Source: Scyliorhinus canicula
Taxonomy: Eukaryota
Direction: 5' to 3'
DNA length: 64,000 bases
Assembly (NCBI RefSeq): GCF_902713615.1
Contig: NC_052154.1
Span: 15,811,784-15,875,783, forward strand
Below the pieces are notes generated by a model. It ran no database searches. It was not told the DNA's origin and was given only the letters and a program-made list of their open reading frames with translations. This document shows, piece after piece, positions 1 to 12,346 of the stretch (positions within the stretch are counted from its first letter, which is position 1; every line of letters starts with the position of its first letter). Made by a program: the position numbers and the translations under genes.

Positions 1-87
1 CTTATGACCTGATTCCTAATGTCAAATCAATTTGCACATGTGCGACTCCCTGGTGGTTATACTCATGGTGCTTCTCCTTACATACAA

Positions 88-1203
88 TGTTACGATCCCA
101 GCTGTTGCCATTACTGGTCACAATCCAGCACGGAACCCTGGCCCGATAGATCGTAACTAATTTTTTTGTTTAGAGACGTGGATGAACAGAGTCACAGGAC
201 TGCCGATTAACTTGTAATAAAAATAAGTTATTAAACATGAAAAGATTAAGTATAAAACGCTACTCCGTCACCCCCACCTATATCATTACACATCTACACA
301 GATTTATAAGGATAACAGATGGTACAGAAGGATCTCTAATACTCTAGTGTTCTCAGTAAGTATACAGTCTATGTAAACCGACAGGCGAAATGTGGTCAGA
401 TGCACCACACTCTGAAACCAGTGGCATCGAAATCCCCCAAGTGCTTGTCACACTGTGAACCAACCGGTTGCTTTGGAACTATGTTTTTAAAACTCCACTC
501 TTGGAGTAAGACATATCTTAAAATCTTCTCCCAAACAAGGCTTTCTCTCAGATTACTTCATTGAGGATCCACTTCCAGATTTTCAATCTCTCCTCTCAGT
601 ATTCCTCTGTCTTGGAATGCCACGTGCATTCAAGCTTCCATATAATCTCTCAGACACCCAGCTACGTAAACAGAACATCACTGCTTCACAGGCTGTCTTA
701 AGGTGTCATCAAATGTTTGATTTACCTCGGATATCTGGATTCTTACTTTAAGCCTGGTTCTTGCAGCTGTCTCTTTAAATCAGAACATTTTCTGTGCTTT
801 TTACTTTAACTTCACCCAACAGGACCTTGTTCAACTTCTTTGTTCCTTTAATTTAACTGTCTTCCAGATACATACATTTTCTTTGAACTTCCTGGTTTCT
901 GAACTTACTTTTGAACTTCCTGGCCCTGTCCAGTTTACCCTGTTCCGGCTTAAAACTAAGCACAAAAGTTCTTTCCAACCTAAGGTGGCCCCTGGTTGCT
1001 AAGCAACAACTTTGTTTTCCTTTAAACCCTGTTTGCTTTCCTGTCATGAACTCTCGTTACCATACAGGCATCTGAAAACAAACTGAAGTGATTAGCCCCT
1101 TCAAATTACAGAACCACAGAAATAAACTTACTTAAAGCTATGCCTTATTTCAACTACCCACAAGTACAAATATAGGTTATTTAAAACTGCCTGATTCCTG
1201 ACA
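88..1203 (-). mobile_element. Solo LTR
   Basis: TGT...ACA termini, imperfect 4-bp TSD (acaa/acac), collinear similarity to 9262-11604 and 56066-56825. Confidence 0.6.
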
Positions 1204-1369
1204 ACACAGTGAGTTGGGAATGCAAAATGTGAAGTGGACACAAAGAGGCTGCAAAAGAGATTCAGACAGGTTAAATGGATGGGCAGCAAGGTGGCAGAAG
1301 GCGTATAATGCGGGGAAGTGAGTGGTTATTCACTATGGTTTTCAACCTTAATAGCGACAGACAGGAATT

Positions 1370-2190
1370 ATGCTATCTTTGCCCGAGGGCTCAAGCATTT
1401 CTACATCGCCCTAAGGGAGACCCGGTGGACAGGGGAAGATCAAGTTACTAAACAAGGTGACGGTTACAGCTTTTGGAAAGGTAAACCAGAAAGATAATCC
1501 TTGGCCTGAGTCCCAATAGGCAACAAGCTTTTTTGGGTTTTGTTTTAATAAAAGTACAATAGGCAACAAGCTGATCCTCCTTGATGACTACGCCTGATTT
1601 GGAAAGGACACAGTCATCAGGGGAGGTGTATTAGAAAGAAAGGGAGTTATGGAATGGTACCCTGCTCCTGACTAAATGCCTTATCATAAGGAACACCTTG
1701 CTTCATCAGAGGACAAGTGCAGGGACTCATAGCAACAGCCCCGCTCCAGCATTGGCACCTGCTCGACTATGTCATCATCCGAGCGAGGGACCACAAGGAC
1801 GTGCGTATCACCTGTACCATGACAGGAGCTCGTGACTGCTGGACAGACCACCATTTGATCTGCTCTGTAACCAACACCAATGTAGCCCCAAAGCAGTGAC
1901 AGCAACGGAAACAATGCCACAGCAAAATCAAAGTTGAGGCGCTCAAAGACCCTGATAAGAGAACTCTATTCAGCTAGTGCATTGGTGCCAACCTTGACAA
2001 TGCTCAGTGACCCAGAGATGCTGAGAGTCCGCAATGCCTGGTCACCCCTCAAGGATAATCAGCACCTGTGAAGAGACCCTGAGTCACTTGACTAGGAAGC
2101 ACCAAGGTTGGGTTGATGAGAACGACCAGGAAATCTAGGAGCTGATAGGGCGCAAGCAGAAGTTTTTTTCTGAATCTAAAACAGCTACCC
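1370..2190 (+). mobile_element. Decayed RTE-clade LINE, endonuclease region
   Basis: HWHLLDYVIIRARD and DCWTDHHLI motifs, plus WFDEND-like remnant; stops and frameshifts. Confidence 0.75.
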
Positions 2191-3139
2191 ACCCCAGCTG
2201 GGTCACTGTCAACAAAGAACAAAAGTACAGCACAGGAACAGGCCCTTCGGCCCTCCAAGCCTGTGCCGACCATGCTGCCCGTCTAAACTAAAATCTTCTA
2301 CACTTCCTGGGTCCGTATCTCTCTATTCCCATCCTATTCATGTATTTGTCAAGATGCCCCTTAAATGTCACTATTGTCCCTGCTTCCACCACCTCCTCCT
2401 GTCTGTGCTGAGTCAACACATTCTATCCGTGTCTGCGTGGGTTACTTCAGAGTGCTCCGATTTCCTCCCACAAATCCCGAAAGACGTGCTGTAGGTAATT
2501 TGGACATTCTGAATTCTGTCTCTCTGTACTTGAACAGGCGCCGGAGTGTGGCGACTAGGGGATTTTCACAGTAACTTCATTGCAGCGTTAATGGAAGACT
2601 ACTTGTGACAATAAAGATTATTATTAAATTGCCCCTTAATTGGAAAAAAAATTGGATACTCTAAATTTATTTTTTTTAATCTGTCTTGTGATGTTAATTA
2701 AGAGATAGATATTGGCCAGAGCACCAAGGATAAGTACCCTGCTTTTCTTTGAAATAGTATCAAGGCATCTGTGATCATTTCAAAGGGATACCAATACTTT
2801 TAAAGAGGAATTTGCACTCCTTGTTATTAACTGAAATAATTACACCACAAAATTCCACATTTTACGTTACAGAAGACTTGACTGTACAAAACAAAGCTAT
2901 ATTTTGTAAATACTTACTCTTTAAACCTGAAAATCTAAACAGACTCTTTTCCATTCTGCTTTTAGTTCCACCCAAGAATCCCCGTATAATTCAGGATCCT
3001 GAGATTTGCCCAGGTTTCCTTCACCTCTCTTGAGCACAAACAAAGGTGTGCCACAGCTCTTAGAAATTCACTTGGATTTTCCCCTTTGTTTCTGCTATTC
3101 GCTGGAACCTGAGATTTGTGGGGGCCCTTCCAGTACAAT

Positions 3140-3710
3140 CTGGCTAGGCGACTCACTCTTTATGTACCTAATGACTGTGCGCATCGCAGCTCAAGCATGG
3201 GCCTCACTGCCTTCTTGCTCCGTGACTGCATAATCAAAAGAGAGCCTTGTTTCCGATAGCCCTTTGCGAGTGATCTCAGCAAGAACCTACACATGGCCAG
3301 GACTGGTGCAAGAATACTAGATACCCTGGGCAAGCCTTCAACCTTGTGAGAAACCCCCACGCCATGTCCCACCACAATTAGTTTTGGAAAATGAATACAG
3401 TAAAATGGCATTAACACGTGTTCTCACCGCCCAATCTCACACAACTACCGAAAGTTGTCAAACTTGTGCACAGTTGTCATTGGCAGCCTGGTGTGCTTCT
3501 GTCTCAAGCTCCTACTGCTCTGCAGAACAATGTTCTGCCAGCATCTGTCACCAGATTGCTGTGCTCTGCATCTTCTCCAAGAACTCAACACCTGCATGAC
3601 CACAAGGTCATTGAGGAGCCTTCAGATTGGTTGAATTCAGATTGGCAGAATTCTTGGGTTACTGGCAATGCTTCTTTTTCAGCACCACCAGTGCCGGACG
3701 ATACAAAATA
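3140..3710 (+). mobile_element. Very degraded non-LTR retrotransposon RT remnant (RTE-X-like)
   Basis: Eroded YADD-region and YCSAEQC (YSxAEYC-like) similarity only. Confidence 0.35.
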
Positions 3711-4795
3711 ACTCTTTGGGCATTAGTATGAATAAAAATTCTGCATTTATAATACCGATTTATTTTACCTAAAGGAAGGAGAATATTATGATACTTATTC
3801 TCGTAGCATTATGGTTCTTATTCTCGTCGCTCTACACTTTTCACAGGATTGCACTGGAATGTATAGAATCCCAGTAGTGCTGGGTGAGGCCATTTGGCCC
3901 ATCGAGTCTGCACTAATAATCCAAAAGAGCACCCTACCAAGGCCCACTACCCCACCCTATCCCCTAACCCCACCTAGCCTGCATATCTTTGGGCAGTAAC
4001 GGGTAGTTTAGCATGGCCAATCCACCTAACTCACACATTTTCAGACTGTCGGGGAACAAATGGAGCACCCGGAGGAAACCCACACAGACCAAGAGGGGAG
4101 AATGTGCAAACTCCATGCAGACAGCCACTCAATGCTGGAATCAAACCCAGAAATGCACGTGTGTAATATGGTTCAGATGATGTTTTTCTGCAACAAATTT
4201 GATCATTTAGAATTTAACGTCCCATGCTCTCAGTTTAACAAATGTATAAACAAGTTCCTTCAGGTCGACATTGTTCGCAATTTCATGTTCTATTGACAAG
4301 GTGGATAATCCAACCAGTTTTTCTTGTATCACTGAGGAATTAATGAATGGTTTGATCAACATTCGCTTGGAAAAGATTGTAGGGGTGGGGTTACTGGGTT
4401 ATGTGCATAGGGTGGAGGTGTTGACCTTGGGTAGGGTGCTCTTTCCAAGAGCCGGTGCAGACTCGATGGGCCGAATGGCCTCCTTCTGCACTGTAAATTC
4501 TATGAGGGCCCAGATACCTTGACAGCAGATACCGGTCCTCCATTTAGAAATGAGGAGAAAAGCCTGGCCCACCACTGGCCAGAGAAACAGGGTGGCCCCA
4601 AGAGGACAACCTGAGACCATCTCTCAGGTTGTTTTGCAGACAAAGTACGACACACCTTGTAACCATGCACACTTGGGAACTCGTCTTGCAATGGCTCGTT
4701 ATTCACGGCACATATCAAAAGCATTCATATCTTTGGAATCCCCACACTTTAAAGCTTGCTTTAGCTTCAAGCAGTGTTTTATCATTTGCTTTTAT

Positions 4796-4998
4796 TCAGT
4801 TTTTAAAATTATTTTATCAGAGTTACAAAACCAGAGCTCGAGTGTGGACAGGGGTAAACCCCTAATCCAGCTCCTTGCCTGCTCCAAATACCAACTGAAA
4901 TTGAAACCAACTCATGGTCCCCACAAGTGAGACATGCCAGGTCCAGGCATAACACCTGACCGAACACTCATCTTAGCCAAAAGGCTGAGAAGCGAGGC
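4796..4998 (-). mobile_element. U2 snRNA-headed short retroposon (203 bp)
   Basis: Head TCGCTTCTCAGCCTTTTGGCTAAGAT matches U2 nt 2-27 with 1 mismatch; A-rich 3' end; 16-bp TSD 4780-4795 / 4999-5014 (14/16). Confidence 0.75.
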
Positions 4999-5191
4999 TA
5001 TAATTTGTTTTTATGTTCTATTCTGCAAAACGTGAACATCGTGGAGGAAGCCAAACACAGAACAAATTTGATGCACCCGTACAGATCTTTCTTCATTGAT
5101 TGTGTTGCTGTGAAAAGAGCTGCAAAATGGAAGTGCAATTTGTATTTGTCCTTCGGGCTCGCTATAGGTTCATCATCTGCTTCATATTGCA

Positions 5192-5378
5192 GGGGCTGTT
5201 TAGCACAGGGCTAAATCGCTGGCTTTGAAAGCAGACCAAGCAGGCCAGCAGCAGGGTTCGATTCCCGTATCAGCCTCCCTGAACAGGCACCGGAATGTGG
5301 CGACTAGGGCTTTTCACAGTAACTTCGTTGAAGCCTACTCGTGACAATAAGCGATTTTCATTTTCATTTCATTTTTCA
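5192..5378 (+). mobile_element. Short tRNA-headed SINE with (TTTCA)n tail; other copies 7543-7710 (+) and ~41607-41780 (-)
   Basis: Three near-identical copies; B-box ggttcgattcc. Confidence 0.85.
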
Positions 5379-5907
5379 TCTGAAAAGTGTTTCCTCCTGC
5401 TCCTGATGCACACTCGATCTGGTTCAAAGTGTGCCAGTATTTCCAAATACTCAGCAAGTTCACGTATATCTGCATGTGTTTGCTCAAACCCTTTGTCATT
5501 CCTACAAGTCTTCAAGAAACTTATTGGTTTATCTATGTTTCCGAATGGCATCGTTTTTGTCAAATTCCTTTGCCCAAAGCCATGATTTGAAAATTTTCTT
5601 TGATTACCATCTTTATGGAAAATGAATTTCTGAACTTGTCCTGATCCATACCCCACCAGGATTTCTCACACACCATCAGCACATTTGGGCAAGTGACAGG
5701 GTCACCATAGTTCCAACGGATGGCAAGTCCGCGTTTGGATCCTGATGGACTTCGCTTGGTTCATCTTCTACATTCCAGTTACGTTCCTCAAACTCTACTT
5801 CAACTTCTGAGACTATAGGCAAAGCTGCCATTTCAGCTTTGGTCTCGGGTTGAAGCTTTCAGCTACCTTCATCGTAATGTTGTGGACAATAATACTTGTG
5901 AAAGGGA

Positions 5908-6186
5908 AGGGTGGCACGGTGGCTAGCACTACTGCCTCACTGCGCCAGGGACCCAGGCCTTGGGCGACTGCCTGTCTGGAGTTTGCATGTTTTCCCCTCG
6001 TCTGCGTGGGTTTGCCCCCACACTCCAAAGCTGTACGTGTTAAGTGGATTGTCCAAGGTAGAAATTGCCCCTTATTGTCCAACGGTTAGGTGGGGCTATG
6101 GGGATAGGGTGGGGAGTGGGCCTAGGTGGGGTACTCGGAGGATCGGTGCAGACTTGATGGGCCGAATGGCTTCCTTCAGCACCGTA
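5908..6186 (+). mobile_element. HE1/V-SINE; more than 20 copies in window, e.g. 3864-4150, 8478-8906, 16682-17003, 23162-23466, 42120-42410, 46350-46652, 54188-54470, 55370-55585
   Basis: tRNA-like head, central gtggagtttgca...ggtttcc domain, CR1-type tail gatgggccgaatggc. Confidence 0.85.
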
Positions 6187-9100
6187 GGTGACTTGATGTG
6201 CTACAGTGGTCGGTCTTCAACTGGGGCTCCCATAGAGGAGGGCTCAATTTTTAAATTCTCAGACCAAAATCGAATCTCTCCCTGCTTTCACCTTCTCTGT
6301 AACCCTCCACCAGTTCTTTGTGACCTCCATGTTGCTCCAATTCTGCTCTCGTGTCGTCCCGATTTCCCGTCATTTCACCGCCGGTGGCCTTGCTTTTAGA
6401 TTCCTAATCCCTCAGCACTGGAAATCCCATCATAAACCTCTCCACATCTCTACCTAGTGCTCTCCCTTTAAGTCAACCTAAAAAAACAAACTCTTTGACC
6501 ACTGTTTCGGGCACCTGCCCTCATGTTAGCCGGAGCCACATTTTCTCTGACAACGCTATTGTAAAGCACCTTCGAATGTTTTAGAGCATTGAAGGTGCAA
6601 TACAGGTGCAAGTTGAATTTTGAGTTCAACTGTAGCCCTGAATTCTCCTTCTCAGCTGATAAATGCGGTGGTTCATACAACCCTGAGACGTTTCTGTTAT
6701 GACTTAACTACTCGCTGCATAATCCCCCTCTTGTTTTTCCTCTCCTTGCCTCTGATCCATGTGCCTGCAAAAGCAAAATGAATAAGCTCCACTCAGACAT
6801 CTATCAGTTCTGTTCCATACTGAAGGACTGCTGTAACGTTGACGCTGCCGCCAATTCTCTCTCAGCTATGCAGACACATAGCTGTACTGCAAACTACAAC
6901 ATACTACGCAGTGCGGCAAACAGGTCACGCACAACCAACATGTGTGTGTGCGGGACTGCGCTTCACAGCAAAAAAAAAAGGATGGGAATGATTGGCTACA
7001 ACTATTTAGATGAAATGTGAACGTGAGGCCCTGTCGGCCAGTTCACAGTATCTCAGAATTGTGTTACAGTGCAGAAGGAGGCCATTCAGCCCATCGGATG
7101 AGCAACTCACCTAGTGCCATTCTCCCACCTTCTCCTGGTAAGACTGCACATTCATTTAGATGTAGAAGAAGTTCACCCAGTGGGTTGACCAAGGAAGGTG
7201 CATTCATAATATGGTTGGGTATCAACCTGTCAATCTTCTCAATATACGCTATTGACAGGTGGCAAGACTGGGTGATTCCCAGTCAGCCGTGTGAAGGAAA
7301 GAAAGTTAGAGCCCCGCCCATCGCTACGCCTACTTCCGGTACAACACGCACGTAAAAAAGAGGATGTTATCATGGGAACACAGACTCCTTCCGAAGGCCA
7401 GTTGACTCAGTTAACTGGACGGCTGGAATGGATCAGACTGGTGCCAACACAGGGCAGCATTTTGGCACAGTGGTTAGTACAGTGAGAGGGTCCCAAGTTC
7501 GATTCCAGCCTCGGGTCTGTGTGGAGTTTGCACGTTCTCCCCAGGGGCTGTTTAGCACAGGGCTAAATCGCTGGCTTTGAAAGCAGACCCAGCAGCACAG
7601 TTCGATTCCCGTAACAGCCTCCCCGAACAGGCACCGGAATGTGGTGACTAGGGGCTTTTCGCAGTAACTTCATTGAAGCCTACTCGTGACAATAAGCGAT
7701 TTTAATTTTCGTGTCTGCATGGGTTTCTTCTGGGTGCTCCGGTTTCCTCCCAAAGATATGCAGGTTAGGTAGATTGGCCATGATAAAATTACCCCTTAGC
7801 GTGCAAAGATGTGTAGGTTAGGTAGGGTTACGGGGTTATGATGGGTGTTTGGGGGGGGGGGGGGGGGGGAGAGCCTGGGTAGGGTGCTTTTGAAAAAAGC
7901 CTAGTCAAAGATTGGTGTGAATTGTGGAAAAAATGTAACTCAGTCCTCAAAGATTAAAATGCAGGAGGGATAAAGCCAAGTCCCAAAAGTAGGAGTATGC
8001 AATAAATAACTTCTCCCAGACTACTAAAGGAATCTTGATCATCACGGCACACATTCTTGTATAGACCACGGAAAACAAGTTCAGTGAACGCACTGTCGAG
8101 TTTACTAATGGGCATCTGGATCGGGCAGCAATGGGGACATTGTCCTGGTCTACTTTATATGCAGAAGGCAGGCCAAGTTTTTGGAAATGTGCGGAATGCA
8201 GAATGAAGCCATTTAAAAAGAAGACGGGAAAGAAAACCTCTTTGGGACTATATTCCAATCTTCATCTGAAGCCCAAAGGATTTTCTGTGGGAGTGTTGCA
8301 TATGTTAAGTTGGATATTACATTAACTCTGCCTAATCCTTTCAGATATAGCTAGCCAGTTAAATTAATTTTACATATATTGTGCTTAAATCAAGGAAGGA
8401 AACTACAAATATTAATAAAGTTGCATTATTAAACATTTTAAAAGGGGGTAATTTTCAGAAAATATGTGTATATAATTCTAGAATCCCGACAGTGCAGAAG
8501 GAGCCATTCGGCCCATCGAGTCTGCACTGGCCCTACGAATGACCATCTTACCGAAGCCCAATACCCAGTCCTATTCCTGCAACCCCACCCTAAGGGGCAA
8601 TTTAGAACGGCCAATCCACTTAAACTGCACAACTGTGCCACCGTTGGCTAGGAATGTCCCCGTGTGTGCGTGGGTTTCCTCCGGGTGCTCCGGTTTCCTC
8701 CCACAGTCCAAAGATGTGCGGGTTAGGTGGATTGGCCATGCTAAATTGCCCGTAGTGTCATAAAAATAAGGTTAAGGTGGGGGTTGTTGGGTTACGGGTA
8801 TAGGGTGGATACGTGGGTTTGAGTAGGGCGATCATTGCTCGGCACAACATCGAGGGCCGAAGGGCCTGTTCTATGCTGTACTGTTCTATTCTATTCTATT
8901 CTATTCCCTCCATGGGGTCAGTGAGGAGGGCCGCAAGTTAGGCTGGCATCCATCCTATCAAAGTGCAGGCCTTGCACTGTGCTTCACAAGACGGACTGTC
9001 AGGCCAGGCAAACCCCAAAACTAAACCATTGAGGGAGTTACCCTAGGCATAGGTTTGGGACCACATGAAATCTCATGGCATTAGATCAAGCATGCGTCAG

Positions 9101-9358
9101 GAAATCTCTTGCTGATTACCACTTACTGCATTCCCTCAGCTAATGCATTCCACCTCTTCCATGTTGAACACCACTTGGAAAGATCATCGAGGATAGCAAG
9201 GGCACAGATTGCACTCTGGGTGGAAGACTTCAACGTGCTCACCCCAAATGTGGTTTTGTCGTGTTATCGTCCCAGCTGGTGTTACTATAGAACAAGTCAG
9301 ATCCTCAGGTGAAACTAGGCCTGATACATCTAACTTTTATTTTTCGTTCAGCAATATG

Positions 9359-10054
9359 GGGCGGGATTCTCCGACAACCCCCCCCCCCGCCGGATCGCGC
9401 GGGAGGCCGGTGTCAATCCCGCCCCCGCCGTGTCCCGAATTCTCCGGCACCGGAGATTCAGCGGGGGCGGGAATCGCTCCGCGCCGGTTGGCGTACCCCC
9501 CACAGCGATTCTCCAGCCCGCGATGGGCCGAAGACCCGCCGCTGTCAAGCTTCTCCCGCCGGCGTGGATCAAACCACCTACCTTACCAGCGGGAGCAGGC
9601 GGCGCGGGCGGGCTCATCTGGTCCCGGGGGGTGCCCCCACGGTGGCCTGGCCCGCGATTGGGGCCCACTGATCGGTGGGCGGGCCTGTGCCGTGGGGGCA
9701 CTCGTTTCCTTCCGCCTTCGCCATAGTCTTCACCATGGCAGAGGCGGAAGTGACCGCCTCCCCTGCACATTCGTGGGGATGACGTCAGCAGCCGCTGACG
9801 CACCGGTGCATGCGCGGACTTCCGGCGGCCGGCGAAGTCCCTGCGACCCCAGCTGGCGTGGCGCCAAAGGTCTTCCACGCCAGCCGGCGGAGCGCCAACC
9901 ACTCCAGCACGGGCCTAGCCCCTCAATGTTAGGGCTTGGCCCCTAAAAGGTGCCAAGACGTCTGCACTTTTGGGGCGGCCCGACGCTGGAGTGGTTCACG
10001 CCACTCCATCACGCCGGGACCTCCCGCCCTGCCGAGTATGGGAGAATCCCGGCC
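9359..10054. mobile_element. GC-rich non-autonomous DNA transposon (PIF/Harbinger-like MITE)
   Basis: 14-bp TIR gggcgggattctcc / ggagaatcccggcc (13/14), 3-bp TSD ATG. Confidence 0.8.
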
Positions 10055-10156
10055 ATGGAGAGTGGCTACTGAACAGAGATTCAGTGTGCTGATGAACCTC
10101 TGACAAAAAAATACATTTATTGCGTCATGGGCCAGTGTTTAAAAAACACCAAATTA

Positions 10157-10797
10157 TATCATGGAGTTCACCTTACCTACAACTGTTTATTGATTTTGGT
10201 TACGATGAGCACAAGAGCCTGCCTTTCAGATGCTATTCAACAGAGGTCATAGGTGCTTTTAGTCAAAAAACAAGCTTTATTCTACATAATTTAGTTAACA
10301 TTTTTATAAACACACACAGTAAGCATTTTTATCAACTACAAACATAAATACCCCAAACAGCTACAGTAAACTATGTATAACCCTTAATGAATCTCCCCTT
10401 TACTGTTCCAATTTAATAACAAGATCCAAGTAACAACCAAAACCCCCCTTTTCAAAGGTGTGGCCCAGCACACGGCACTCTTACTGGTATATAACTTGGT
10501 ATTGATACTAGTTTCATTTCCCAAACAGCAAGTTTGAATTCCTTCCAGTTATCTTTTGTTAAGTTATCAAGTAGTCTGGAACAGCTTTCAACATGAAGAT
10601 AGATACACACTCCTTTTCAACCTGTGCAGTACAAAACCAGGTCAAACTCAAAATGAAAGTAAAACTCCGAGCAACAGCCAGCTCCCAACTCAAAAATGAA
10701 AGTAAAAAAACTCAGAGCCACAGCCCAGCTCCACCCACACATCACTGAAGCCACGTGATAAGACAAAAACATTTCTTAAAGGAACACTCCCATGACA
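10157..10797 (-). mobile_element. Nested solo LTR of a second family
   Basis: tatcatgg...ccatgaca inverted termini, TSD atta/attg, minus-strand AATAAA near 10276. Confidence 0.6.
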
Positions 10798-12346
10798 ATT
10801 GAATAAGATCAATTTATTACACTATTCCTTCACCCACAACTATACCTTTATAAATAAATAGATTCATAAGGATAACACAAGTTATAAAATATATCTTACA
10901 TTCACAGAAGTATACAGTTTAGTAAACCAACAGGCGATCTGTGGTCAGACACACCCCATTCAGCAAGCTAAGTGACCAATGCCATCCACAGCAGATTCTA
11001 TGGATCTCTTATCAATTCTGCCACACCACAAATCAGTCTCACTGGAACTCTCGTCCTTCACACAAGGGTTTCCAATCTCCGCTCTCGAATAATGCGACTT
11101 GGAATCATCTCCCCAAACTAGGCTTGCACTGGGACATCTTCAACAAGTTTCCACCTCCGGGATTTTGGCGTCTGCTTCGGATGGTCCCCTCTCCCCTGGA
11201 TCGGCACATGCATTCAAGCTTCACCTTCCACACTCTTGTCAAACTCCCTGGTTTCTGAGACTTCGGTTCTTTTGGAAAATCTGCTTTCCACAGTTCTCTC
11301 TCCTGCGCCCAGCTCCTCCTGGCATCATCTTTCAACTGAACTAAATCTGTTCTATTTCTCCGCGTGTCTGTGGGCCTCCTGTTGTTAGGCACCAGCACGG
11401 TTTTTCTGCTCTGTTTTAACTTCCCTAAACCGCTTCAAGGGTCGTAAAACCTCATTAGAAATGCAGGATATACAAACCACAGACGTGCAGGTTTCCCCTT
11501 AACACAAATACAGAAATCCAAATTGAACTTAAAAAACTAAAACTTAAAAGCAATTACATATTTGTAACACCCACAAATAAAAATACTATCTCGATTTCCT
11601 AACAGTAGTGCTGCTGCTGATGCAGCTGACTGAATCCTGAAGGACGTATTTGCCAGATCAGGCCAGCAGTCAGTGGTGTGAGAACCAATACGGGGGAAAA
11701 ATTAACTTGATCAGGTCCCCAACAATCTATCTGTCGCAAATGCATCTGCCGATGAAAGCATCATCAGGAATGATAACGTAGACAATCAAATTCTGTTCCC
11801 ATCGGCTGATCGTACAAGGACTAAGGGCACAAATTTATGGTTTTGGCAAAATTTTAAGAGGGACGTGAGGAAGAACTTGTTTACCCAATGAGTGGTAATT
11901 TGAGGATAGTGGAAGCTGAGACAATGAAAGATTTCAAATAGAAATTGGATGGCCTTTTGAGGGTAATAAACAGAGTGCAATGCGGATAGAGCAGGGAAAA
12001 GGAACCGAGTGCATTGCTCTGCAGAGAGCCAGCATGGACTCGATGGACCGAATGGTATTCTTCTGTGCTGTAATGACTATGAGTCTAGGGAATCGAAGTA
12101 GGAATGATGACAAAGTACCACACAGTCATAAGTGGGCAAACCACCACCACTCTCCACCCCCCCACCGAGAACTTGCCAACTCCCTTCACAAACATCTCAA
12201 CTTGGGTTGGCCTCTGCATACAAAGTAGATCAGGACAATGTCCCCATTGCTGCCCGATCCAGATGCCCATTCGTAAACTCGACAGTGCGTTCACTGAACT
12301 TGTTTTCCGTGGTCCCTGCAAGAACACTGAACATCCATGTTTTTAG

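Larger units (their letters stand above)
4222..5590 (-). pseudogene. Fossil hAT transposase, C-terminal half, interrupted by short retroposons
   Basis: Minus-strand pieces ELAEYLEI..RRKHF, DEPIASPKDKYK, FGFLHD, KHCLKLKQALKCGDSKDMNAFDMC and the dimerisation domain FSKRMLIKPFINSSVIQEKLVGLSTLSIEHE. Confidence 0.8.
9262..11604 (-). mobile_element. Solo LTR (family of 88-1203) containing two younger insertions
   Basis: TGTTA...TAACA termini, TSD gtcg/gtag. Confidence 0.65.
9100..11780 (+). mobile_element. CR1-type endonuclease fragment split by nested insertions
   Basis: HVEHHLE..ARAQ.ALWVEDFNV before 9262; resumes at 11605 with LKD..AR...EP.RGKN-like residues. Confidence 0.65.

Noticed and set aside
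4964-4995. Functional U2 snRNA gene
   Set aside because: Only ~30 nt of the 5' end; no complete branch-point recognition region, Sm site or 3' stems.
5911-6399. Recurrent ORFs such as VWSLHV..., GADSMGRMASFCTV
   Set aside because: Translations of HE1/V-SINE copies.
9209-9946. 245-aa and overlapping ORFs, and an apparent CpG island
   Set aside because: Lie in a GC-rich MITE with TIRs and TSD; no recognisable domain.
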